Shown: positions 48,701 to 60,790, numbered from the stretch's first letter. The stretch: DNA of 64,000 nucleotides from Macrostomum hystrix (GCA_950097015.1 CATNEN010000030.1:4588001-4652000), one strand, 5' to 3'. The notes: generated from the letters alone by a model not told the origin. Numbers and translations are program-made.

Positions 48701-51700
48701 ATGATCAACCAGTTGACAATGATCCCACAGTTGACAATGATCCCCCAGTTGACAATGATCCCCTAGTTCACAATGATCCCCCAGATGATGATGATCCCCC
48801 AGTTGATGATGATCACCCAGTTGACAATGATCCCCCAGTTGACATTGATCCCCCAGTTGACAATGATCCCCCAGTTGACAATGATCCCCTAGTTCACAAT
48901 GATCCCCCAGATGATGATGATCCACCAGTTGATGATGATCACTCAGTTGACAATGATCCCCAGTTGACCATGATCCCCCATTTGATGATGATTCCCCAGT
49001 TTACAATTATCCCACAGTTGACGATTATCCCCCAGTTCTGGATTAGCTATGATTCGATTCCCCAGTTTACAATTATCCCACAGTTGACGATTATCCCCCA
49101 GTTCTGGATTAGCTATGATTCAAACTCTGGTTTTGCCATGATTCAAACTCTGGTTTAGCCATGATTCAGACTCTTGTTTAGCCATGATTCAAACTCTGAT
49201 TTTGCCATGATTCAAACTCTGGTTTAGCCATGATTCAGACTCTGGTTTAGCCATGATTCAGACGCTGGTTTAGCCATGATTCAAACTCTGGTTTAGCCAT
49301 GATTCAGACTCTGGCTTAGAATGATTCAAACTCTGGTTTAGCCTTGATTCAGACTATGGTTTAGCCATGATTCAAACTCTGGTTTAGCCATGATTCAAAC
49401 GCTGGTTTTGCTATGAGAACTAATTTCCCCAGCAGCAGAGAACTAATTTCCCCAGCAGCAGAGAACTAATTCCCCCAGCAGCAGAGAACTAATTTCCCCA
49501 GCAGCAGAGAACTAATTCCCCCAGCAGCAGAGAACTAATTCCCCCAGCAGCAGAGAACTAATTCCCCCAGCAGCAGAGAACTAAATTCCCCAGCAGCAGA
49601 GAACTAATTCCCCCAGCAGCAGAAAACTAAACATGTTCTCCAAACATAAGAGAACCTCCATAATACCAGAATGGAGGCTACTTGCAGGCTACCAAACTCG
49701 CAGCAAGAAATGTTTGCCCTTTTTCTTTGACAAGAAACCATTGCCCCCAAATAGCATAGAAACGATGTGTCCATCGTTTTACTCAGCCCAGAAGGCAACA
49801 AATATCTCCTGTTACATCTCCTGTTACATGTGGCACGGTAGATACATTTACGAGAAAACTGTTAAAAACATTTAGAAAATCGTTGGACACATTTAGAAAA
49901 TCGTTGGACACATTTAGAAAATCATTGAGCACTTCAGTCTTCGTCGAATAAAGTTTTATAATTGTTATTATTAAATAAGCTATTTTTTGATCGAATAACG
50001 CTTAAAACAATGCTCAAAAAATAGAAAAATTTGAAATAATTTACTCTCTTAGCTGCGCTCAATATTTTTTTCTTGCAGTTCTCAATTGTGATAACGCCTG
50101 CAGCTATGCACAAAAATATTTCCTTAGTTTTATTATCGAATAAAACTTGCTGCTTTACTCGAAAAACTTATACTATTTTCTGAGAGCGAGTACAGGAATA
50201 ATAAAGCTAACAAATATCTGCTTCGACAGTAGCTAACCAAAAGCGCTTACTATTTATACTCGAACCAAAAATGCCCAAAAAATACTAATAAATAGGAACT
50301 TACGTTTTTAACTGCTGATGTTTCGAACATTAAAAGAAAAAGAAGCAGTAACACAGCTGATGCTGAAATTCTACCTGCATTCTACAAAAGCATTAAAGTA
50401 CTTTACTTCGGAGCTCGATGAAAAGAAAGCGGCACAATGATCGAAGTCGAGACAAGGTTTGACAATAGAAAGGCTGCAGTTTTATGGATAGAAAGGAGGA
50501 GGAGAGGTCTCGCTAGCATTGAGCATCATAAAAGCCCAATCATGAAATCTGCTATGTACGTTTTGCGTATTCAAATGAAATCACTCGATCAGCCAAGAGA
50601 CAAATTTATAAACGTACGTACGGGTCGAAAAGCAGTGACGCAATCCTATTCAATTGAGAGTATAGGGCCCAGCTGTTCTGTGCTATACCAATGCACGCGC
50701 GGGCGAGAAAAAGCACCGATGCAATCTAATAAAGCTGACAGTGTCCGGCCCTATTCTAATTTAACCTTGTTTGGCCTCCTATTGAAAGCAATAGGAAAAC
50801 TCGTTTTTCGAATATTTAATATTGTTAGCGTTGAAGCAGACTAACGAAATTTTCAAGGTCTCATGCCAGTAAAATTTGGCATGTTTAGCAAAAAACGCGA
50901 TCAAATTTGGTTGAGGCATTTAGCCTGTGTATCGAAATTCCACAGACAGACAGACAGACAGACTTTAGAGATTTAGTATAGTTGGATAACCTAGTTGGAA
51001 TTCAAAACCTATTTTCATGTTACTCGTACTTTGACCCCTCTCCGTGGCCCTGTCTCTGCAGCCTGTTGGTTCAAAATTATTGATTTTCTTCGTGCCCTTC
51101 GGGCCTACCGCACTTTCTAACCCCCTCTTTATTGAGACCGACTCTATGCTATGTACGCTCCGGACTGGCGACCCCTTGATTTTTCTAAACCCCAATTTGC
51201 TCAATCCCCTTCTCTAGTAAATAAAAGTAGGCCAGCTCACTGGCGTGAGCCTCTAAAAATACGTGTTATCTCTCAGACTAAACACGGCTTTTTATTGAAG
51301 ACTTTATTTATTTCATAAAGTTTTACAACAGAAGTATAGCTTATAACTGTTTTATTAAGTGATCGGTTCTACCAAATTCCTCAATTATACGAAAAAACTG
51401 TTTCTTTTAATCTGCCACAACTAAGTCATACAGTACTGGTTCCATTAGCTCAATGAACCTGTCCCGCATGTACTTCAATCATCATGACCCCTAAATCCAG
51501 TCCCATGTTATTCTGGTGCATCACGAAGTCGATATACCATGCTTTGACAAGCCGAACAGATACTGTGCGATGTGGCACGCATCTCATGGCACACTTCTTT
51601 TCTAAGCGATTACGAAGCAAATCAGTCAAAAGGAGAACTGACGTACCGGGATAGAAGTAGAAAGCTGGCCTAACCCTCTTATAAATAAACAGAAATGCCG

Positions 51701-54700
51701 CTCAGTCTAAAATATTATACGTTCCTTTTTAAAACTACTTTGCTTTTTTCATTTGAAGCATAAGCAGCACTAAAAGGCATAGAGGATGCGAGAGGAAGCA
51801 TTTCAAAGCATCTGAGTGTGCACTTTCTTCTTAGCCTAATCAAAACTAACCTGAATTGCTGCGCTCGTGTGAATAACTAAAATACAAAGATATGGCTTCT
51901 CGTAAACTACGAGTTGGCAAGAGAATATAGAAATCTGGCTAAAGTCTAGTCAAATGTTCATCATGTATTCTGCTGTTATAGATTAAAATTCTGCGTAACT
52001 TACTCCAAAATCAACAAAAGGCGAAGTTTTCCCTAACTGTTTCAACTGCTGCGAATTGAAAAAGAGCAGCAATCGTGGGAAATTAGAAGTCGGTGTTAAA
52101 CGAAGCAGACTATACTATACAGAATGGTGATAAAAACGGTGCAGGGAAACGGGAAAGCATGATTTTCAGTCTGTAACCTGCTAATTTAAACAAAAAGCAT
52201 GGACTCACAGGTACATCGACGCCGGCACGCAATGAGCAGAAGGCCTGTGACGAGAATGAGTAGAAAAGCGGCAGTTACAAATACAAGTCCTGCGATCACT
52301 AGGAAGCCGTCGTTAGCCCCGCTACTTCCAGCACCATTTCCACCATCGCCATCGGAGCTTAACACGAGCTCGGGCCGAATAAACTCCACCACAAGCGACT
52401 GGACATCCTCAAGTGGAGGCTGGCCACAGTCTCGCACCATCAGCGTCAGTCGAATCGGCCGGGCTGCCAGCTCTGGTACCAGCGGTCGGACTAGAATAAC
52501 CTGGCCGGTGTCCTCATCCACATGAAAGGGTGAATCTGCCGGAGCCAGAAGGCTGAATCGGAGCCGGCCGTTCGCGTCGGCGTCCGGGTCGACAGCAAGT
52601 AGCTGAGCCACCCTGCCAGCCACTGGAATGCCAACAGCAGGAAGATGGACTGTCCGGTTCCATCTCGACGGAAACAGGAACCGCGGCCTGCTGTCATTAA
52701 CGTCGTCGACTTCCACAACGACCGTGGCAAAAGCACTGCATTGAGGCTGTCCAGCGTCTGCCACCTCGACGCTGAACTGAAAGCGCCGGGTGCGCTCTCT
52801 ATCCACAGGCTCCAAAAGTACAAGCAGGCCATCGGGCGTCACATTGAAGTGACGCTCGGTAGCGTCAGTGGCTTCCGTCTGGGCAGCGAGTTGGAAGCTT
52901 AGGCGCGCATTATTGCCCGAGTCAGCGTCGCTTGCATTCAGCCGGCCGATAATGGTGCCTAGATTAGATGGTTATCGAATTTTTACACACTTTGATCATA
53001 CCTAAAACTGAACGAAGTTTATTATGACGTGCGCCGCAGATTTTTTGTCCTACGCATAAAATGTGTAGGACAGGCGAATTATCTAACAACGACTCTCGGA
53101 ACAGTTCTTCATTCCCATTGAATTGATTGGCTACAATGCACAGGTCGTTTGTGTGGGTCGACTCTTGAATTTCCCCTTAATCCTTAAAAATTTGCAATGG
53201 GTTACTACTAAGAGCTATATTTTCGACGAATTTAAATGCCTTCAAGCTACGGAGCGGATTCGTAGCTGGGGCGGATCACCTATTGCTAATATGTGGTCTC
53301 ACTAGCAAAACTATGAAACAGCTCGCATAAAATATAAGAGTGTATTATTCGATTGAGATTGAGGAGGACAGCATCGAAAGCTGCGGATCGCTGTCAGATG
53401 CATCATATCTCTCATATCAGCCTTAAATTTAGCGATCGCCCCTGCTTTGCCTGATGCTAAGCACAAACTAATCTGCTGCACACACACCACTTGTACACTT
53501 AATGAATGCCAACCTGGCCAACGGAGTATCGATCAGGTTGGCAGTCATTTGTCATTGAAGTTAGAACGGCTGCGAACACGGCCCTAGCATTATGTCTGTG
53601 TTAATAAGCAATACACATTTTCGGCTTACTTTCAGCAAAACTTATGAAAACTTTTGTTAACTCAAAGACTTATTTGATATTTTTGATAAAAATCTAAGCA
53701 TATTTGCAATAAAAACTTTTCTTTTATTCAATATCCTCTACAATTGATTTTTATCAGTTTTCGAGGAAAATTGTCTGAGTTGGAAAACGTGTCCCTGGAA
53801 AACTAGAACTACGAGTGCAAGTTATTGATTTTTATACAGCTGTCTTAAATAGCCGTCACTAGTAGCTGACCTGGCTGTTAATTTTTAACAAAAATGCCAA
53901 AAGCGACTAAAAGACCCTTGCTGGCATCATATTTTTACCTGCTCAATCCAGCCATTCCATTTTATACTAAAGTATCGAAATCGCTGCCATGGATGTGTAG
54001 AAACTGTGTTAATAGAGAAGAGCGATAGCTCACCCGAGGCCGCATCTTCCGCCACGTGAAAGGCGAGGCAGGGCGCTATCATTGGACAGTTATCATTGTC
54101 GTCCGTCACTTCCACGGTCACGAAGACTGAGCCGGTCAGCCTAGCCGGTTGTCCAGCGTCAACAGCCAGCGCAACGAAACGATGTCGGGCCTGAACTTCT
54201 CGGTCCAGCCGTTGGCGGAGGCGCACCCGCCCATCAGCGAGCGAAAGCTCAAAAAATTGTGCCGCATCGGCATCGCTGAAGTTAGCGTGAGAGGTGGCAT
54301 CCGCCATTTCGTAAGATATAGTGCCATTTGCGCCGGCATCTGGGTCCTCTGCCGCCAGGCAGAATACGAAGCTTTCATCTGGACTATTGCCTCTTGGCTG
54401 GGTTCGCTCATTGATACTGAAGTGCTGGACGGCAGTGCCGTTGAAGTGAGGTACATTGTCATTCACGTCCATCACGTCGACTCGCAGCGACCTCTCCGCA
54501 GTATTAGAAGGCTGTCCGAAGTCCCGGCAACGGATGACGACTCGGACCGCAGCGCCGTCTGACTCGCGATCTAACGCCCTAGCTGTGACTAGCTTGTAAA
54601 GCCAAGGTGGCGGACCTTCCGGGTTAAGTGACTCGAGGGTGAAAGCTGACTGGGAATCTTGCAACCAACAGGTTACCTGTTGGGGGTGGGGTTCGATAAA

Positions 54701-57554
54701 TTTTTAAGGTGTTTGGTCCGAAAGTATTATTTTTGTAGCACTTAGTAGTAGTTTGCATTTGTAGTAGTTTATTTTTTAGTTCTCATTATTTGTGCGAGTA
54801 TACTAAAGTTATTCCATTCCAAAAACAGAAATCGACACCATATTAATTAATCTATTAAGCTGTTCCTGATGCAATAATTAAAGCTACATATTTTAAATAC
54901 CTGGCCATTAACGCCTGAGTCAGCGTCCGTGGCGGTTACTATGGTGATGGTCCGGCGCGGTGGCTCGTTCTCAGCGATTCCTGGCCTCTCTGTGTTAAAC
55001 AGAATGCGCGGCGCCTCGTCATTAACATCGAGGATGCTGATTGTCACAACAGTTGTACCTTGGCGAGGCGCGGTGGGACTGCGATCCTGCGCTTGCACGG
55101 CGAACCGGTGCTCCCGGTGTTGCTCATAGTCCAGCTGGCCAGCCACTCGCACTGCGCCAGTTACCGGGTCCACACTAAACAGAGATCTTATCCGGGCAGG
55201 GGCAAATGCTGGTATCGAGTAAGTCACCTGACCGTTTGCGCCGGCGTCTCGGTCGATCGCTTTCACGTGCAACACCTTTCAGATTAGATTGAGATTCGGA
55301 AGAATTAAAAAATGGAATGAACTTCTTTTTATAAGACAGTGCTGTGCGTAGAGAGCGTGCTGAATAATCGCAATTTAGGCCTGTGTGACGAGCTAACGCA
55401 TTTACGAAAACCTCGTAGTGAATTTTAATTGAAAACAGCAACCAAGCAACCAAGCAACGTCGAGCTAACTGACAGGTATCAACGAGAGTACTATTAGACT
55501 GAGCGTCGCTAGCTCGCATTAATCTGCAGTTTATCTGGCCTGCAATCCATGATCAGATAGAGTGCGGCCTTGGCAGGTAGAGTGTATTGTGAGGTGGAGA
55601 GAGTGAAATGAGGTGGAGAGAGTACCGTAGCAAAGTAAGAGCGAGTGCAATGGGAACTGAATGACTGAGCGCGTGCTGTCTCTGTCCGGCTCTCACAGCC
55701 ACTTCTGGGAACAAAAACGCTTCGGTCATCTATTAGCGAGGTGGAAATAGAGGCTTGAATGAGGAGGTATTTAAAAACAAGACAGGTCGCTTTCAGGTAA
55801 TCCCCTTGTGCCCCAACCATTTTTGCATATTTATTCCTAATTTTGATGGCTCTCCTGAGTTCAGAGTGTGCCGCATGGACCATGAATAATCCTTATTGTT
55901 TTATATGAGCCTCAGAGAATAGCAGCACCAAATTTTCTATAACAGCTCCGAGTTACACTGTCTGACATCAATCAGTGAAAGAACTAAAAAACTGCGAAAT
56001 TTAATGGATGGAAACGAGTATTGCAATTTATGCTTAAAATTTCCCTGGTGGTACCAAAGATACAGAAGTTACCGAAGTATAATTGCAGTAGGCTACACAG
56101 TTTTTAGCATGTTGTTCATTCATCTACCCAAAATTTTACTCTTTCAAAGGTTTTTGACCGGGACAACTAAAGCACCAAAATTTAAGGCTTTTGCCATATA
56201 AATCTCGATCTAGCTCGTACTATACTTGTAGCTAAATCAAGAAAAGTCTAAGGCATGTATAGGGAATGGCCATGCATTGAAATTTCGTCGTTCCTGTTTG
56301 TTTACTTACTTTTGCTTAAAATGTTTTTATTGACTTGAAAAAAATTGTCAACACGTTAAGAACATTTGGAAGTCTAAACGTTAAGCGAATATTGGAGGTA
56401 GCAGCTTGAAGCTCACGCAATTTAGTCAAGCCAAGCGCACAGGCTGTTTAGGGTTACATAAGCGGCAAGAAATAAAAGGCTCACCGCAGCTCCTGGAGTG
56501 GCGTCCTCCCTAACGCTCGCAGAGTATCGCTGCTGCTCAAACCGAGGCTGCTCATCGTTCTCATCGGCCACAGTGATCAGCAGCACAACGGTGCCGTTCC
56601 TAGCGGGCAGGCCGCCGTCATAAGCGGCCAGGGTAAGCCGATAGGAGTCGCGCACTTCCCTGTCCAGCGGCCGGAGCAGCCGCAGCCTAAGTACGGTGTC
56701 TCCAGTCGGCGAGGCCTCCTGTTGAAGCTCGAACTCCTGGTGCAGCGGCGGTAGCAAACGATAGCTACGAACACTGTTGGCGCCGGCGTCGGGGTCTTCG
56801 GCAGGGGGCAGCGTCCGGAATTCACCAGGCGCACTGGCCTCACTGAACTCACGCATGAGCTCAGGGATAGACCAGCGCGGGGCGTTGTCATTGATGTCGT
56901 TGAGTGTAACCTCAACGGATACCACGTAGGTGTACTCGCGGTCCGATTGAACCTGCAATTTGAAAGGATTTAAAAGCCTCTTCGTACAATACAATACAAT
57001 ACAATACAATAGGTCTATTGAGTTCAAATTCAAACCCAATACAACAAGCGGAGATAGGAAGCGCTTTGTTTCGGTCGGTATGTTTTTTACCGTAAAATTT
57101 TTAAATGCCTTCTTAAAATTGCCTTTAGGAACCCTAGTCAATATAAAATAGAGCATAACGTGCTATGTTTTGTGTTTAAGCCCAAAGGTCATTTCACCTG
57201 AAGCGTGAATCTGCAGGAAGGGGTTAGCCGGTCGCAGCAAGCTGCAGCGTCGGCGCACATCCGGTCCCGGTCCAGCCGTTGTCCAACAGAGAGGCGGCCG
57301 GTGTCGCCTGCCAACGCGAAGTACTTTCCTACGCTAGACGGTGCTGCATTGAATATGCGGAACCATGGTTCTAGACGGCGGGGCAGCCTATGGCCGCGGG
57401 CCCGAAGGGCTGCCGTCAGGTCCGCTAACTCGCTACCAACTAGTAGCTCCTCGTCAACTGATATGGTAAGCTCCACAGAGGTCGACGCCGAGGCGACCAG
57501 CGTTGCGAGGGTGGCGGCCACAGCTCCGAGAGCGATGAGATCGGCAGACGGCAT
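39785..57554 (-). CDS. Protocadherin with 7 cadherin repeats (delta-like); 5 well-supported exons plus 2 inferred cytoplasmic exons, about 949 aa
   Basis: Exons 57554-57198, 56952-56485, 55275-54901, 54676-54034 and 52958-52209 splice in phase (0,0,0,1). They encode a signal peptide, EC1 with DRDRMC...CC...C, six more EC repeats (DxD, DRE, DxNDN motifs) and a TM helix. The inferred tail exons 40753-40611 and 39898-39785 match phases 1 and 0 but are lower confidence (about 0.5). Confidence 0.85.
41845..43100. repeat. 18-bp satellite array A1 (ATGATCCCCCAGTTGACA)
   Basis: Tandem 18-bp units with point variants and occasional 17-bp units. Confidence 0.95.
43125..43490. repeat. 23-bp satellite array B1 (GATTCAGACTCTGGTTTAGCCAT)
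   Basis: Tandem 23-bp units, more diverged at the start. Confidence 0.9.
43525..43950. repeat. 18-bp satellite array A2
   Basis: Same unit as A1, ending in the same linker (CCCCATTTTGATGATGACTCCCCAGTTGACGTTGATTTTTCAAACA). Confidence 0.95.
43965..47880. repeat. 23-bp satellite array B2, about 170 copies
   Basis: Marker variants (GACTCTATTTTAG at 44275, 44528, 45402, 46069, 46529 and 47196) are all separated by exact multiples of 23. Confidence 0.97.
48575..49414. repeat. 18-bp array A3 grading into 23-bp array B3 (Helitron copy 2)
   Basis: 18-bp units run to about 49030, hybrid units occupy about 49030-49120, and 23-bp units continue to 49414. Confidence 0.9.
49415..49630. repeat. 23-bp minisatellite of different sequence (GAGAACTAATTCCCCCAGCAGCA), about 9 copies
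   Basis: Period 23 (units at 49461 and 49484), starting exactly where array B3 ends. Confidence 0.92.
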
Positions 57555-60235
57555 GCGCGAGCCTCAATGTGGACAGTCGGTACAAGGGGCGAAAATTGAT
57601 TGCCTCGATTGGAATAGTTCTATGTGCATTTTTAGATCATTTTGCATCAGAAATGTTAAAAATTAACAAACTATCATTTCCATAATAAAAATGGACAAAC
57701 TTTGCTGATGAAAACCAAACTATGATTAATATAATAATATGGTATTACTAACGTTAGGAATGCCATCTGTCATCTAGTGATGTGGATTTGGTATTCTTGT
57801 GTGCCAGGCACTTTCTTGAATGGTGCGTTTGAACTGTGGTATCTAGATCCAAAAGGTCCATGACCCAAGGTCAAAATCAAAACAATTTGTTACTTCACAG
57901 TTGGAAAAGCTTTTTTATTCAATTACAAGTATAAGTCTGAGTAGCTAGAGGCAGTTTTAATCGCACAATCAGGTTATAATATTGAAAATTAATTAGACTG
58001 ATTGCCTTCGATCACAGTAGAAATTAATCAACTGTCAACAAGCTTTGCATTCGAATAAATCAATAAATGATGTGAGAATCAAATTTCCAATCTATTTAAT
58101 TAGCCCTTCGATTGAGTCAGAAGTTCGCAGTGGTTGTCTAAATACCCTTAATACTTTTCTCGGGGGATTGGGAGAAAAAAGTTTACCTGCGTATCCCCAT
58201 TCAGACCCATTTCTCAATATACGAGATGGACTCGACCCTCAAAGAGGAGCAAATTCAGACTTGATAGAATGGTCTGAAATTGATGCAAGCTACTCTCCCT
58301 ATCCGTCTACACTTACAGTGAGGAGGCCTGCAGAATGCAATGCATGGGAACTGGGGCGGCCCACAGCTCTAATCAGCAGCCTCATTATAGGCCCCAGCAA
58401 GAAGTCTATTAGCGTGAGAATTCACTGAAAGCGATGTGGAGCCCATGAAGAGCTGATGGAAGAAAGAGAAGAATGCAACTGCGAGAGTGGGAAGGATTAA
58501 AGGAGATGGGCAAGAGGAAGTGGCCTTCCCTAAGCCCGGGAATCTGGGGGTCCGTCTGCTGAATCAAACAATGCCGGCCTGAATTGAAAGTCTGCGAGAC
58601 TGAGGCACGGAGAGAGTTTGGAAAATCCTGCAGTGGGAGAAGAAGTTGGGTATGAAGATGGTGGGTCTCAGGTAGAAATTGAACAGACTGGCGCATGGTT
58701 CGGACTCTCCGGGGTATTCTCGTCCAATTCAGCCTCGAATATCTGAAGTGGAGTGGAGAAGCTAGCAGGATGGAGATTTCTTCTAGTTTCCTGACGCCCC
58801 ATTCAAACCTCAGCGGGCTTGTCTGAGCTCCGTGCATGAGTGTTTTCTTTAGCAGCGAGCTCGATGGATGAGCGAGAATCTCTGAGCTAGCTTCAACAAC
58901 AAAAACAGTTTTCTTTGAAGGGGTTTACTTCGATTATGGTTGTAAAAACTGAGGACATAAGGGTGAAAAAGCATCTTCGAGTAAAGGATGGAGTGGTCGG
59001 ATTTCAGGGCTGCGGATGTTGCTGTGGAACTGGCTGGCAGAGCAACGCATATACTGAAAACAGATCTACTGAGTGAGCTACATGCATTAGTTCTACATTC
59101 CAGTACTGCTTGTACAAGGGTAAACGTGGCCCAAATTACACTTGTAATTCTGATCAATTCGACATGTTAGCAATATCACAGTAGTAACTTCGCATCAGTA
59201 TGCATGAGTGTCTGAGTTCTGAATCTTGCTCACTGAAAATGCCGGTGCACTGAATCGCTGCCAATAGTCACAGTGCTATTTTCCCAGCGTGATATCTGGC
59301 AGCTGAATACTGACTGCATCGACCAGCGGCTCACTTCTCCATCCCTCATTCTTGCTCTGCTGCTGTGCAGCTTGCTGGAGCCCACAGCTCCCGATCGGTA
59401 AATAGACGCCTGGGAGCAGCGGAGATAAGAGGGGAGTGCGAGTGCCATGTCAGGATGATGGAATGCCCACAAATTCATCTGCTGGTTTGCCTACTTGTTT
59501 GCTAATCCTGGAAAGTAAAGCTGTTGTGTGGAATAAAATTCTTTTTTCATTTTTTCTTGTAAAATCCTTGCTAGTCGTTAATCGGATGATTTTCCGTCTG
59601 TAAAAAATCAAATGCTCACCTCTTTTCAGCAGCAACAGAAGCAAATAAATTAGTTTTTGTATGCTGGCAAACTTGAGAGATCCTATATGTAGAGATGGCT
59701 AGCCAAATTGCAAGCGGGTCGTTTCACCAAGCGCTGGCTATGTGTCTATAAATAGACACATCGACCGGCACTGAAAACGAGGCCGTCCGCATTCATTACG
59801 GCTGGGGATTCCCCGTTGGCTCAGCAAGCAACCAATCAGTGGAATTGGCAGTCTGCACATACAGCATTGTCTGAGGATTAGAAAGAAAGTCTTTTCTTGC
59901 TTCCAGCTCAATGTCTATTGAAAATATATTGGAAATGAAGGTTGGTTACGATTAGGTTAGGCGAGCGACAATGAATCTAGAAATCCAAAAAAGAGTGAAT
60001 TGACTACAATACATACTGACTGAGTGCTTTGTTGTCACTTTGTGTTGCGATTGAAAATGTATAGGCTCTATCAAGTGTCTGCTTGTGGTTAGTCGATGTC
60101 CGCTCGATTTCATTTTTGGTGTCTGCTATTTCGTGATATCTTACAGCTTACCACCATTCGGCATCTTCATCTTTGGTATTCATCTTCATCTTCGGTCTTC
60201 ATCGTCATTTTCCATTCGGTTTCTGTTAATCGCTA

Positions 60236-60535
60236 GTTGTCAGTATTCCGTACCTGTTTGTCAGTATTCTGTACCTGCTTGTCAGCATTCGGAACCTGCT
60301 TGTCGGTATTCTGTACCTGCTTGTCAGTATTCTGTACCTGCTTGTCGGTATTCTGTACCTGCTTGTCAGTATTCTGTACCTGCTTGTCAGTATTCTGTAC
60401 CTGCTTGTCAGTATTCTGTACCTGCTTGTCAGCATTCGGAACCTGCTAGTCAGTATTCGGAACCTGCTAGTCAGTATTCGGAACCTGCTAGTCAGCATTC
60501 GGAACCTGCTAGTCAGTATTCGGAACCTTCCTGTT
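60236..60535. repeat. 21-bp minisatellite (GTCAGTATTCTGTACCTGCTT), about 14 copies
   Basis: Tandem units with a polarised variant (GTCAGTATTCGGAACCTGCTA) at the right end. Confidence 0.93.
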
Positions 60536-60790
60536 AGTAATACTACTACTAATCATACACTACTACAACTACAAATAAGAATAATACCGATTGTATTATT
60601 TGTATTGGAATCTGAATTATGATAATACCAACAATAGCTCGTACAATTACTGATGACGGATTACTACAACTACTACGACTGCAAATATTTATAATGACGA
60701 TAGTAATAAAGGTCATAATCATAATAAAAAATAACAACAATAATTCAATTACTACTAATGCTACTACTATTAGGTAATAATGAACCAAAG
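60536..60790. repeat. Low-complexity (AAT/ACT/AAC)-rich tract
   Basis: Degenerate trinucleotide runs directly after the 21-bp array. Confidence 0.7.

Larger units (their letters stand above)
48482..50986 (-). mobile_element. Non-autonomous Helitron copy 2, joined head-to-tail with copy 1
   Basis: It has the same roughly 95-bp 3' terminal segment as copy 1 (hairpin 48510-48494, CTAG 48485-48482). The candidate 5' end A|TCCAACTATACTAAATC at 50986 has a (TCTG)n tract and shares blocks with copy 1 (GTTTTTCGAATATTTAAT, ATTTGGCAT, GGTTGAG). Whether this 5' end belongs to the same element is inferred. Confidence 0.6.

Noticed and set aside
41829-49158. Many ORFs of (MIPQLT)n, (DNDPPV)n, (NWGIIV)n and (STGGSL)n
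   Set aside because: An 18-bp unit has five stop-free frames, and frames switch at 1-bp slips. They are not called as CDS.
41845-49630. CRISPR-like arrays (also the 25-bp array at 30404 and the 40-bp array at 23085)
   Set aside because: The units are directly adjacent with no unique spacers, there are no cas genes, and the DNA is eukaryotic.
50437-50844. 135-aa ORF inside Helitron copy 2
   Set aside because: No Rep or helicase motifs or other recognisable domain, and the 3' part overlaps the non-coding conserved 5' segment.
51210-51255. Additional Helitron-like terminus (CTAG with a GCTCAC/GTGAGC stem; similar CTAGTA..ATAAAA..TAGGC at about 9748)
   Set aside because: The spacer is long, the flanking base is not the expected T, and the match between the two sites is short.
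57858-57875. Nuclear-receptor-like site TGACCCAAGGTCA upstream of the protocadherin
   Set aside because: A single short motif with no conservation or functional data to distinguish it from chance.
58045-59480. Several 80-140-aa ORFs upstream of the protocadherin
   Set aside because: No motif was recognised on either strand, and lengths are compatible with chance.
60085-60537. 150-aa ORF with (ACQYSVP)n repeats
   Set aside because: It is a translation of a 21-bp minisatellite, with no splice or start context.
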